NCBI GenBank assembly: GCA_965285935.1
Contig: OZ260666.1
Span: forward strand, 21,452,001-21,516,000
Direction: 5' to 3'
DNA from: Ophelia neglecta
Lineage: Eukaryota
DNA length: 64,000 nucleotides
Part shown: one piece after another, positions 1 to 12,460 of the stretch
Layout of the letters: the number at the start of each line of letters is the position of its first letter
How positions within the stretch are numbered: position 1 is the stretch's first letter
Notes under the pieces: model-generated
What the model saw: the letters and a program-made list of their open reading frames with translations, nothing else
Database searches by the model: none
What the model was told of the DNA's origin: nothing
Translations under genes and position numbers: made by a program

Positions 1-1290
1 CCCTCAGGCCGGGGGTCTCTCAGTCCGGGGGTCTCTCAGTCCAAGGGGTCCCTCAGTCCGGGGTCCCTCAGTCCGGGGTCTCTCAGTCCGAAGGTCTCTC
101 AGTCCAAGGGGTCCCTCAGTCCGGGGGTCCCTCCGTCCGGTGGGTATTCGTCCGGTGGTCCCTCCGTCCGGGGGTCTCTCAGTCCGGGGGTCCCTCCGTC
201 CGGTGGGTATTCGTCCCGGGGGTCTCTAAGTCCAGTGGTTATTTGTCCGGTGCTCCCTCAGTCCAATGGTTATTAGTCCAGTGGTCCCTCAGTCTGGTAG
301 TCCCTCAGTCCAGTGGTTATTAGTCCGGTGGTCCCTCAGTCCGGTTGTCCCTCAGTCCAGTGGTTATTAGTCCGGTGGTCCCTCAGTCAAGTGGTTATTA
401 GTCCATTGGTCCCTCAGTCCAGTGGTCCTTCAGTCCAGTAGTCCCTCAGTCCAGTGGATATTAGTCCAGTGGTCCTTTAGCCCAGTGGTTATTAGTCCAG
501 TGGTCCCTCAGTCCGGTGGTTATTAGTCCGGTGGTCCCTCAGTCCAGTGGTCCCTCAGTCCAGTGGTTATTAGTCCGGTGGTTCCTCAGTCCGGTGGTCC
601 CTCAGTCCGGGGGTCCCTCAGTCCGGGGGTCCCTCCGTCCGGTGGGTATTCGTCCGGTGGTCTCTCCGTCCGGGGGTCTCTCAGTCCGGGCTCCTTCATT
701 CCGGTGGTCCCTCAGTCCGGGCGTCCCTCGGTCCGGGGGTCTCTCAGTCCGGGCTCCTTTATTCCGGTGGTCCCTCAGTTCAGGGGTCTCTCAGTCAGGG
801 CGTCTCTCAGTCCGGGGGTCTCTCAGTCCGGGCTCCTTCATTCCGGTGGTCCCTCAGTTCAGGGGTCTCTCAGTCAGGTGGTTCTCAGTCCGGGGGTCCA
901 TCAGTCCGGGGAAAACCCATTTCGGGCTTTCTCAGTCCAAGGACTTGAATTCCGGGGGTTTTAAGTCCGGGGTCCCTCAGTCCGAGGGTTCTAATTCACA
1001 GTATTTTTAGTCCTTGGGTTTTCAGTCCGAGGCTCCCTCAGTCAGAGGGTTCTCAGTCCAGGAACTCCTAGTCTGGAGGTTTTCAGAACAGGGGCTCTCA
1101 GTCCGAGGGTTCTCAGTCAGGGGACTCTCAGCCCGGAGATGTTTGTCCCGGGGGTCCTTCAGTCCGTGGTACACTCAATCTGGGTTCTCAGTCCGGAGAT
1201 TCTCAGCCTGGTAATTTTCAGTCTGCGCGTCCGTCAGTTCGGGTTTCTCCAATCGGGGGGTTCCACATCCTGGGGATCCCTCAGTCTTCA
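1..1290 (+). repeat. GC-rich ~16-bp minisatellite (ctcagtccgg[g/t]ggtc[c/t]) upstream of KLHL copy 1; homologous arrays 13650-14380, 27160-27680, degenerate 39690-40350
   Basis: Directly visible tandem units. Confidence 0.95.
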
Positions 1291-1659
1291 GGTTTCAGTC
1301 TTTACGTACCATATTGACTTAAATAATTGACTTAAATTAATTAAGGGGAGCTAAAAGCAATTATTCTCGACCAGATTTTATTATGGACACAGCGTTTATT
1401 ATAGACAGATTTTGTTAATCTCATTATCCAGTCCTTTATCATGGATGCGGCGCGTATTATAGCTCGGCTTTTACTACAGGCCGTTTTTGTCTCCAATTTA
1501 GCTCTACAATATGTAGCCCTCGTGGCCAATAGGTGGGGAGTTGACTCCGTATTGTGATTTTTCACATGGTTAAAGTACAACCGATGATAAAATCACATAT
1601 TGGTTCCTATTGGGAGAAAATCATAGTATTGTGAAAAAATGAACTTACTTACTATAGAT

Positions 1660-1692
1660 CAAATTAATATTTGCAGGGAAATCATAACAATG
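1660..1692 (+). promoter_or_regulatory. Putative 3' splice acceptor 13 nt upstream of the KLHL ATG (5'-UTR intron); equivalent site before every copy
   Basis: atatttgcag|ggaa-tcataac/aaATG is conserved in copies 1-4 and atatttccag|ggaaatcataacaATG in copy 5, whereas the upstream MNLL ATG is out of frame or absent in copies 2 and 3. Confidence 0.6.
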
Positions 1693-3775
1693 AAGGTAAC
1701 GACGACAGACTACCTGGGGTTCCATGAGAGAATGTCTAGTCTGAGGGAGATGGAGATTGGTCTGGACGGAGTTATCTGTGCCAAGGATGGAGAGGTCAGG
1801 GTCCATCTAACATACATGGCTGCCTGTAACCAGACTCTGTTCAACCGTATTGCTGGTCTCTTGAAACAGAGCAAGAAAGAATTGGCCGTCAAAACCATGT
1901 CGGGGAAAGGTTTACAGCTCATTGTAGATTATTGTTACTCTGGAGAGATCACAGTCTGTGAAGATAACTTTGAACATGTCATCGACGCTGCTCTGGGTCT
2001 GGAATTCCTGGACATAGTGGAGGAGTGTTTAAACTTTGCCTTGAATACAAATGCCAATGCAAATATTTGGTGTCACTTCCTGCGAGCCGCTTTTAAACAT
2101 CCTCGGTCAGTCCAACCAAAGGAATTTGTCCCTAATCTGATTTTGGATAATATTACTAAAGTTCCCAAGGAAGCAGTCATCAAAGGATTGGACGCTGCCT
2201 TCATCGGGGAGATTCTAGAACATGGGACGTTGTCTGAAAATAACAGGTGTTACGCAATGAATGTCTTTCTTGAGGTAATATTAGCAGAAGCAGGAGAAAT
2301 TACTAATTGCAAAAATACTTTCGTTGCAATGCGAGATATGGCGCAACCAGGAGATAAACTCATCATACCAAAAGAAGCCTCTGGTACATCCTTCATAGCA
2401 TTGACAGAGTTGTCACTGGGAATAAATTTTGTTGCCCTTATTAAAGCTTGTGTAGAAGGTTTGGTGAAAACGTCCCCTACAGCTCAAGGTACTTCACTCG
2501 CCTTGAAGTGGACCAAGCAGTATGCTGGGTCTGAGTCTGTGAGCTATCTCAACCAGTTATGTCTACATGCCTTCAAGGATCTGTCTGGACATTTCTGAGG
2601 ATGAACTCTGCCTGATGCTGGACAGTGACTACTTAGGACCAATGTTAGAATTCGATATTTTCAAAAATGTGGTGAAATGGATCAAGCACAATAATACAAG
2701 TGCTAAAACAAACTGTAGAGTAGTCGGTCTGATAAGATTTGGTCTGATGACAAAAGAAGAGATGGACGAAATAATTGTCGAGTATGATTTACCAGGTTGT
2801 GAGGCTATCTATGTATCTGCCATGAGGTGCCATTTAAGGCCTATTGACCAAAGAATAGCTATGGGAAACATAAACAAACTACGACGGAAGCATTCAACCA
2901 TTTACATCATGGGGGGACAGGGTTCAGGAAATAATTATAACAAGAATGTTATCACATCACAGGTTACCCATTTACAACACAACTCGTCCCTGTCTCCTTT
3001 TACCTCGTTGTGTGAAACCCCGTTTGCCCTTAGTAACAGTGCCTGTGCTGAGATGAATGGATTTATTTTTATTTCTGGTGGTGCAAACGAATCAGGTTGT
3101 GTTGCAACGATGTTCCGGCTGGACCCTCGTTCCTACTCATGGCTGGAACTAGAAAAGATGCAACAGAAACGACGCTCCCACACTTTGACATCAATAAACA
3201 CTTCGCTTGTCGCTGTTGGAGGAAAGGACAGAGAAATTAATACTGTGTGTGTAGAGATGTATGATATGACTACAATGAAATGGACATTAGGGGCTCCACT
3301 GCCCGGAGCACGTTGTCGGCATGCTGCGTCTTATGAAGACGGAGTTCTGTACATCAGTGGAGGTAGTCTGTCTAAGACACTGTATAGCTACCATGACAAC
3401 GTTTGGGTTGAAAAGTCTCCAATGTTGCAAGTACGTCAGAGCCATGCCATGACTAGTGTGGTTGGTATGCTGATAGTTGCTGGTGGAGCTGGGTTCGTGG
3501 ATGGTCAATGGAATGATGTGATGTCAACAGAGTGCTATGATATAATACAAGATCAGTGGACGGAACTCTCGTCTCCTAAGTTTGCTTGCGGTGTGGGTTG
3601 CTCAGTCAGGATTAATAACTGGTTTTATTTCCTCGGTGGATGCAGTTATAACGACAAAGTCTGGCTGGACTGTATACAAAGATATAATATTGAGGCCAAT
3701 GAATGGGAAATGTGTGAGAACAGGCTACCACACAGAATGTGTTGTATGGTCGCAGCAAGTATTAATAATAGTTGA
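1690..3775 (+). pseudogene. BTB-BACK-Kelch (KLHL-like) gene copy 1, frameshifted near 2581-2588
   Basis: ORFs 1639-2598 and 2567-3775 together are colinear with the intact paralogues. This copy reads gatctgtctggacatt where copies 2, 4 and 5 read atctgtctctggacatt, i.e. a 2-nt (ct) loss. Could be a real lesion or an assembly error. Confidence 0.85.
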
Positions 3776-4065
3776 CGTATTATAGAAATATCCTAATCAC
3801 TATGTGCAAGAATGCAACTATTAGTTCAAATCCAGTTTATTTACTCTGAAATGCGATTATGTCCGCTCGATGTACATAAGATAAGGTTGAATTATTTATT
3901 CAGGTGAAAAATTATTTCCAGGTATTTTTTTAAATAAACCCATGTTGTTAATAACACAGACGGCATTGTGGTCTGTCCTGGAGAGCCGGGATGGTGATTC
4001 GATTTAAATACTTGTTTTGCATTTCATCAGTCAATAACATAGGTTTTTGTTTAAGATTTAAGTTT

Positions 4066-4075
4066 AATAAATAAA
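4066..4075 (+). terminator. Candidate polyadenylation signal of KLHL copy 1; equivalent aataaacgtg after copies 2-4
   Basis: AATAAA about 290 nt after the stop, conserved in units 1-4 and followed by T/GT-rich sequence. Confidence 0.45.
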
Positions 4076-7000
4076 CGTGTACAAAAAAGTTTTCTGTAAT
4101 TGTAATTTACTTATTTAAGTCTCCGACCTTCGAGAACTTCACATGATATTTTTTCTAGTAATAGGCTCAATTGGTGACATTCATCGATGCATTATTGTTT
4201 TGTTTATTCTTATAACTTGCTCTTTTATATGTACTCAATTATCTTGATAGGCTGATTAAAGCTTGATATTAATACATTTTGTTTTTGCAGTAGATATTGT
4301 CCTACTTAAAGAAATACTTGCGTTTTTTGATATTTGTACATCAACGTGGGAGACGATGGCACTTTCATTGTAGATAGAAGTTGACCCGTCTGCCTTGGAT
4401 TTGTTGCTGACATAATTGGAATCAAATAATCCTATCAGTACATCAAGGAGAACATTATCATTATTGTCTGGAATGGCATTTAACTCGTACCAGGTGTTCA
4501 GGGGACATTTCATGAATATAATGAGGCTCAAACTCAAATTTTTGTAGTGATCTGATTAACTTTTGCTTATTATTTAATTGGAGAGGTAATTATACGTGTA
4601 CTAATTATTTAACACGTTCCAATGACAATGTTGTGGGTATTTTATTTTCGCCCGAATAGGCAGTCTGTGTTAACTAAAAGTTAAACGAAAGCAAAAATGG
4701 TCCTTAGCCCACTCGACTTTAAAGTGATTAATAAGGGGTAGCAAAATAAAGATGCAGAAACGGAAATTACGAAGTAAAACAAATCGGTATTTTCGACGTA
4801 ATGTACGTAAAACTGTTGTACAACAAAGCAAAAATTACGAAGAACTTAATTTTATTTGCTATCTTAAAAAAATAAATTTATGATATTTTTATCAAATGAT
4901 GTTGAAAGATTACACAATCTTTGGTTTCATCAGACAAACTCCAAACAAGTACGTATTTGGTAAAGTTCAACATTTAATGCATAAGTTTAGGTTGTGCTCA
5001 CAAAAAGATACTAGTTTAGATGGCTACTAATAAGTGTGTAAAATGACAACACAGTTTGGGCTTGAAAAGGGTTCATAGTTCTTGCTACACGGTGAGTGTA
5101 GTAGCCCCACGTACGTTTTGATTTTAATAGTATTACCGCCATCGCCAGCTAATCTCGCGAGATTTGCATTCTGTGAGATTACAAAAGCGACATGTAGTTT
5201 GATAATCATATGATATTAAACTGGTTTTAATTAAGATAACTAGGGAACTATTTCCTCTACCACTCCCGTGCTATTAATCTGCACTTGCACACAGCGAATC
5301 TTTTTTGAATAAAGTTTTATATCATGTGTGTTTTTATTTGTTGTGATACTTCTTGTCTAAGTAAACGGCTTTATGGAGTGCATTATTGCATTAAAATATA
5401 CCAACGAGCATGTCGTTATTTGCTCTTAGACCTGGATAAATGTCATCAGCTAATATAATAACGATTAAATAGGTCGCAAGTGGTGGATAAAAAAGGAAAC
5501 CTAAACGAACGAAATACCAAATGGTTGAAGCAAATATGTATGTGTTTGTGTGTGTGTATCTTTACTGTGGTGCTGGATCGTGATGTACCTTCCCAATGGG
5601 CTTGAAAGGAATGGGTCTAGACTGTCTGCTTGCAACACCGATATGAAATTCTCCATGTTACATAATAGTCTGTGCAACAGCTAATTTGCCTAATGCATGG
5701 CAATAAGAAGGGATTTAATGCATAATTTACCTTTGAATTGAAATGCGTGATGTTTTATGAATATTTCATAAGCCAAATGTATTATTCAACCACTTAAGTC
5801 GCGGTACTTATTATTTATTTTGTGACATGTAGAGATGGTGTCGCATTGACGAAACTTTAAATGTAATATTTGGTAATCGATTTTGCACACTATAATATTT
5901 AATGGCTGTGAGTAAACTGTTGGAAGACATCTGGATCATACAGCGTCTATAACATTGTAAATATAAAGTATTTCCATTATTTAATGAATCCCGGGATAAG
6001 ACATACATATAGCGATTACAATGTTATGCCTTATACCAATTAATGAAAGATTACAATGGATAGAGTCGTTCAGATTCTGGAGAGAGGTCCTTTAGACACT
6101 CGCGGCTTGATATGAAACTGAAAATCTTGTTATTATACATGACACGCTCTATCATATATGACTAACGGCCATAATAATGTTGTCGCATATTCCTTCCAAA
6201 AAACAAACTATACACATCGTTTAAAATTTGACGATAAATAAAACTACCTTCTATGGTATACTGGCCCTTAATATTGCTTCCAAATAAAAAATCGGCAAAT
6301 AACAAAATGTGACATATGGGCATTGACAATTGAGAATTGAGAATATTCTAGTAAGTGTTTCTACTATTATTGTAACTTGCTATTGCTATATCAGTATTTT
6401 CGAGTCTGGCAGACATTTAGAAGTGTCATTATTAGAGGGAAAATTTAAATACTTCCTCGGAGAGAGGCTTAAAATATAATCTGATGATTGAAAAACACAT
6501 CTATTGATGGTGAACATATCATGTTGCCTGTAGCATGTATCGGAGCTGTGGTGCTTTCTTTAGCCTTGCATGTATAAATTTACATATGGTATTTAGAGCT
6601 GAAGTCAATCATGCGTGTATTATTACAATAGTGTTGGAAATGAATGTATATTGTGCCTATTACACTTCACTCTGACATTCCAGGAGCTCGTAATCTGGGT
6701 TTGGGGCAGGGGGCGGGGAGGCGTAATCCGGGGCGATCTAACTACTGTGGCGAGCTCTCCCATCAGTCCGGGGTCCACTCACCAGGTCTTCATGCAGTCC
6801 GGTGATCTCGTGACCTTAACTTCCTTAGTCTAAGCGTTCCTCTGCCCGGAGGACTATCAGTCCAGAGCTATCTCAGTGTGGGCTCGCACTCCGGTGGTTT
6901 TCAGGTATGGGGTTACCTCCGTCCGGGGGCCCCTTAGTCCGGGGTCTCTCTGTCAGGGGGTCTGTCAGTCCGGGGGTCTGTAAGTTAGTCCTCAGTTTGG

Positions 7001-8109
7001 GGGTCTCTCAGTCAGGGGGTCCCTCAGGCCGGGGTCCATAACATATTCCATTTCTCCGGCTATCGCGCAGCACTGCTAAATGTTTCTTCGAAGGAAATGG
7101 ACGATGTGGTAACAAAGCACATGCTTACTCCTTAATAGCAAGAGGACACACTGACTATCAGCATTGAGTTAATTCCTTAGTGGCCTCTAAGGCATGGGAC
7201 TCTCAGTCCGGTGGTGGAGGGGATGGAGAGTCTTAGTCGGGGAGGGGGGGTGGGGGGTGGGTGGGTGGGTGGCACGCCGTCCGAGAACAAGAAAGAGGTG
7301 GAGGGGGGGGGGTATTTTATCTTATTTATTCCTTTTACACCTGGTCACGTAATAATTAACTAGGCATCTGATTACCAAATATGTTACATGTTAAAATGCT
7401 CTCAATTAAAATAACCTGACATATTAAGCTATTGTTACAATAATGTATTATTACTAATCTGTGGCTTTCACTTAGTTGTCAATGCACGCGTACATTAAGA
7501 CCCGCCAAGTAAGTATGTTTCAGCAAGTAACACGCGGCAAAGCACAAAAACCCTCAGCATGCTTGTTTATTTAACAAATATAATATGCAGATAACCTTTC
7601 AAGTTTGTGAGTAATGGAATTTACCTGATTCTCGGCATTAAGTTTATGACATGTTACTACCTGGCAACGACAGGTACATGTCTCCCCTCTTATAACAATG
7701 ACTTGTACATGTAGCGTCTTATTCAAAATAGAGTGTTTGTCCGATGTAATTACGCCATTCCTTAATACATTGGGAATTCTTTGTAAATCAGGTAAGTTAC
7801 AATTCATGTATCTTCCGAACAAATCTTTGTGCTATATGTACCATTAGCTGACCCATATAGTGAGTCCATTGATCCATCAGTACTTGGGTTCCTCAGCCCG
7901 GGGGACTCTCAGTCCAGAAGTCTTTCAGTGCTCCCACCATCCTAATTCCGACTCTCAGTTCGGGTGTCTCTCAGTCAAGGAGCCTGTTGCATAAATCTTT
8001 AAGCATCTTAACGCGCTGACTTTGACGGCTAACTTTTGACTAGTAAGATAATTGGGTTAAATAAACCTAGTGGTTTAAAATTTACGGGTTTAATCGGTTA
8101 AATTCCAAT

Positions 8110-9310
8110 CCTCAGTCCTGGGGCCTCTCAGCCCAGGGGTCTCTCAGTCCTGGGGTCTCTCAGCCCTGGGGACTCTCCGCCCTGGGGGCTCTCAGCCCTG
8201 TGGTCTCTCGGCCCTGGGGACTCTCAGCCCTGGGGTCTCTTAGCCCTGGGATCTCTCAGCCCTGGGGTCTCTCAGTCCTGGGGTCCCTCAGTCCTGGGAT
8301 CTCTCAGCCTTGGGGTCTCTCAGTCCTGGGGTCTCTCAGTCCTGGGGGCTCTCAGCCCTGGGGTCTCTCAGCCCTGGGGTCTCTTAGCCCTGGGATCTCT
8401 CAGCCCTGGGGTCTCTCAGTCCTGGGGGCTCTCAGCCCTGGGGACTCTCAGCCCTGGGGTCTCTTAGCCCTGGGATCTCTCAGCCCTGGGATCTCTCAGC
8501 CCTGGGGCCTCTCAGCCCTGGAATCTCTCAGCCCTGGGGTCTCTCAGCCCTGGGGTCTCTCAGCCCTGGGGACTCTCCGCCCTGGGGGCTCTCAGCCCTG
8601 GGGACTCTCCGCCCTGGGGGCTCTCAGCCCTGTGGTCTCTCGGCCCTGGGGTCTCTCAGCCCTGGGGTCTCTCAGCCCTGGGGTCTCTCAGCCCTGGGAT
8701 CTCTTAGCACTGGGGTCTCTCAGCCCTGGGGTCTCTCAGCCCTGGGGTCTCTCAGCCCTGGGGTCTCTCAGCCCTGGGATCTGTTAGCACTGGGGTCTCT
8801 CAGGCCTGTGGTCTCTTAGCCCTGGGGGCTCTCAGCCCTGTGGTGTCTCGGCCCTGTGGTCTCTCGGCCCTGGGGTCCTTCAGCCCTGGGGTCTCTTAGT
8901 CCTGGGGTCTGTCAGCCCTGGGGTCTCTTAGCCCTGGGGTCTCTTACCCCTGGGGTCTCTCAGCCCTGGGGTCCCTCAGCCCTGGGGTCTCTCAGTCCTG
9001 GGGTCTCTCAGCCCTGGGGTCTCTCAGCCCTGTTGTCCTTCAGTCCTAAAATCTCTCAGTCCCGGGGGCTCTCAATCCCGGGGGCTCTCAGGCCTGTGGG
9101 TGCTGATCCCGGGGCTATCAATCCTGGGGGTCTGTCATTCCGTGGAGGACTTAGTCTGGTGGCCCTTCTGCCCAAATGTACTTGGTCTTGGGGTCTCTTA
9201 GTCCTGGGGAATTCCTAGTCCGCAGCGGGGGGGGGGGGGGGGGGAGACTCTTAGGTCGTGGACTATCCTCGGTGTCTCCTAGTCCGGGAGCATCTCAGTC
9301 AGGGGAGCTT
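8110..9310 (+). repeat. 16-bp minisatellite (ctctcagccctggggt); homologous arrays 23885-24810 and 35752-36890
   Basis: Directly visible tandem units. Confidence 0.95.
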
Positions 9311-9464
9311 TTAGCCTTGGAACGTTCATATGTACGCCAAGGGTGGGGTTCGCGGAGTAATGTGACTTTGAGGGCATCTACTTTGTACCCGTGTCAGGAG
9401 CGGGCCATCCATTGTTCCACCATCTATTGCCGAAAACTTGAGAGTTTTTTTTAGAAATCGGATG

Positions 9465-10053
9465 AAATTCAAATTCAAATTCAAATTCAAAATATCTTTT
9501 ATTGCCTATTGTGAGTTAACAATACAGTGTTAACTATAATAGTTAAGGGCTATATCTACCAGATTCACACATTACTTCATGCTAGGGATACATGTATATA
9601 GGTTCAGCGAGTTGTACATCTACACCCATGCGTTACCTTCAGTATCAATAGTAGTTTTATAGATGAAATACGTGACTTTGAAGCTTCTATACTTTACATA
9701 GTTTAGATACAAGTTACAACTACAGTCTTCCCGAGTTTCGGTTCCAACTCCTAGTTTACTTATTTTTATACATACTAACTATTACATTTAACACCTCCTA
9801 CACATATTTTGCAAACCTGGGTGTTATATTTGGGTCATTTGCTTTAATTAGATATTGAAACATAGGCTATGTGGGCGGGGCAACAAGCCAATCTGATTAG
9901 AGAGGGCTACCACATCATTTAAGAAAGTGTGTCTTAGGGCAGTTAGTTTAGGACAAAAACACTTCATCAGGACATGGAAAGGTGTTGCATGAACATCGGC
10001 ACCACATGACCTGCAATTGGGATCGACTTTAAAACGATTTCTATGTACAAATT
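9465..10053 (-). mobile_element. 5'-truncated non-LTR retrotransposon (LINE ORF2 C-terminus + 3' UTR), unit-1 specific
   Basis: Minus-strand CRSC-x8-H-x4-C zinc knuckle (ORF 9848-10060), AATAAA then (TTTGAA)n tail at 9465-9491, possible aaatt TSD. Empty site ggatgaaaatggtacat in unit 3 (~37036). Confidence 0.82.
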
Positions 10054-11548
10054 GGTACATTATATGTGAAATTGGAGCGGGGGGGGGGGGGGGGGCGGCA
10101 AATTAGGGGAGGTGGGTGGTGGACGGAGTGGAGAGGGGGGACGGCAAATCAGGACGGGGGTCAATTTTTAAGGCTGTCCAAAATCACCAGGAATCGTCAG
10201 TCACACAAAATCAGGGCTCAATCATCTAACGCTTACTAAGATTATACTTGGAAATACGACCTTATAACGTATAGGCCATGATTTGACTTCAAGTGGCAGT
10301 CAACCACGTTCACATTTCATTCGGGGGCGTTCCGAGTCCACGGGAGGCAGGGGGGGGGGGGGGTATATCAGGCAGGGAAGAGAGGAAGAGGCGATGGAGC
10401 TAGGGCTTCCGGTATTAGGTCCTTCCACATAGACTTGTATGTTAACGTTTTGACTACATGATGTTATTCCAGTAGATGCACAGAAAACACAGGCCTCAAA
10501 TCACCTGCCATGTTAATACGACCCCCACCCATCCGCTGTCGCTCACCCAATACCGGGTCATGCTGTGATAATCTGGGCAACTGGTTATCAAGTATTTTAT
10601 TTACCTGTTGTATTATTTTCGTTTTAAATGTACCCGTAATATTAGGTTATTTTTGCTGAACTGTTCTTATCAGTTATCGGTGGCTATCGATCACTTAATA
10701 GTCGAACGTAAAGTACAACGTACATCACGTAACCGACGGCTATATTACAGCCCCTTTTGGCATGTTTACACGCTTAAGCGTTTAACTTGTTGTACACTTC
10801 TAGCCTAGCGAGTTTATGAGTAATGGAAATTCCCTATTTCTCGTTTTTCTGAAGTGTGTCCCATGTTGCTGCCTAGCAACGATAGACATACAGTTATAAG
10901 TACATCGTATGTAACAACTATCTGATTATACATCACGACATACCACGGATAACACATCAAACCCATTTGGCAGGATAGTTTCTTTCTCTGATATAATTTC
11001 GCCATTCTTTACCTCGTTTAAGGGAATTGTCAATTAATCTGGTAAGTGCCATTTTACTAGCTTTATTACCACACTGAGTGTTAAATCTACCATTATACAC
11101 TGTAGATCTATATTATATGTCTCAATGTAGATCTATTTTATATGTCTCAATGTTATAGCGGGACACCGCATCAACCCAGGTGATATTCACCTGTTGTAAG
11201 TCTAGCTGACATATTAACTTTTCAGGAAGCTATACACATTGATATGAATTGACAATAATGAATAAGTTACCGTTAAATGACGACTTTCAAACCTATAAAT
11301 CACCGATCAAATGGACTAATATGCTCAAGGCACTATGTTATTTAGGTGGATGGTTACGTTGGTAGACGCTGGGTCAGCGAATGATCAGTTCTTAAGTTTT
11401 CAGTTAGTATTACAGATTTTCATATAGTCGGTCTTTGCAATTCATTTTCTTTATACCTAGCAAATAAGTCGACATTTTCAAATGGCAACGGCAAGTATAT
11501 ATATTGTATGCGTCAACAGGTCCAAGATAAATACATGAAGCTGTCACT

Positions 11549-12460
11549 ACCGGGGTCTCTCAGTCCCCGGGGGTCTCTCTCGGGGGTTCTGAGTCCCCGG
11601 GGGTCTCTCAGTCCCCGGGGGTCTCTCAATCCGGGGGTCTCTCAGTCCCCGGGGTCTCTCAGTCCCCGGGGGTCTCTCAGTCCCGGGGGTCTCTCACTCC
11701 GGGGGTCTCTTAGTCCCCGGGGGTCTCTCAATCCGGGGGTCTCTCAGTCCCCGGCGTCTCTCAGTCCCCGGGGGTCTCTCAGTCCCCGGGGGTCTCTCAC
11801 TCCGGGGCCTCTCAGTCCCCGGGGTCTCTCAGTCCCCGAGGGTCTCTCAGTCCCCGGGCGTCTCTTAGTCCCCGGGGGTCTCTCAGTCCCCGGGGGTCTC
11901 TCACTCCGGGGGTCTCTCAGTCCCCGGGGGTCTCTCACTCCGGGGGTCTCTCAGTCCCCGGGGGTCTCTCAGTCCCCGGGGGTTCTGAGTCCCCGGGGGT
12001 CTCTCAGTCCCCGTGGGTCTCTAACTCCGGGGGTCTCTCAGTCCCCGGGGTCTCTAACTCCGGGGGTCTCTCAGTCCCCGGGGGTCTCTCAGTCCCCGGG
12101 GGTCTCTCAGTCCCCGGGGTCTCTCAGTCCCCGGGGGTCTCTCAGTCCCAGGGGGTCTCTTAGTCCCCGGGGTGTCTCAGTCCCCGGGGGTCTCTCAGTC
12201 CCCGGGGGTCTCTCAGTCCCCGGGGTCTCTCAGTCCCCGGGGGTCTCTCAGTCCCCGGGGGTCTCTCAGTCCCCGGGGGTGTCTCAGTCCCCGGGGGTCT
12301 CTCAGTCCCCTGGGGTCTCTCAGTCCCCGGGGGTCCCTCAGTCCCCGGGGTCTCTCAGTCTCCGCTGGTTCTGAGTCCGGGGGTCAATCAGTCTTGGGTT
12401 TTCAGTTCGGGGGCCCTCAGTCCGGGTGTCTCTCAGTCCATGGGTCCTTAGTCCGGGGGA
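11549..12460 (+). repeat. 17-18-bp minisatellite (ctctcagtccccgggggt), expanded only in unit 1
   Basis: Directly visible tandem units; no equivalent array at the matching position in units 2 and 3. Confidence 0.95.

Noticed and set aside
516-1330. Ser/Pro/Gly-rich ORFs here and at 8200-9218, 11508-12510, 13716-14399, 23916-24149, 27072-27703, 35843-36655
   Set aside because: Open frames are a by-product of stop-poor 16-18 bp minisatellites; several frames are open at once, starts are mostly non-ATG, and lengths differ between units.
1639-1689. N-terminal extensions MNLL... (copies 1, 4, 5) and MVPIGG... (copy 5)
   Set aside because: Out of frame or lacking ATG in copies 2 and 3, and interrupted by a conserved splice-acceptor-like site; MKVTT is the common start.
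1710-1922. Recurrent antisense ORF MSCKP..PDMVLT in each KLHL copy and alternate-frame MLAVWVAQSG ORFs
   Set aside because: Shadow ORFs conserved only because the KLHL CDS is conserved; non-ATG starts and no recognisable domain.
8110-9060. Possible CRISPR array
   Set aside because: Repeats are contiguous with no unique spacers, no cas genes, eukaryotic context.
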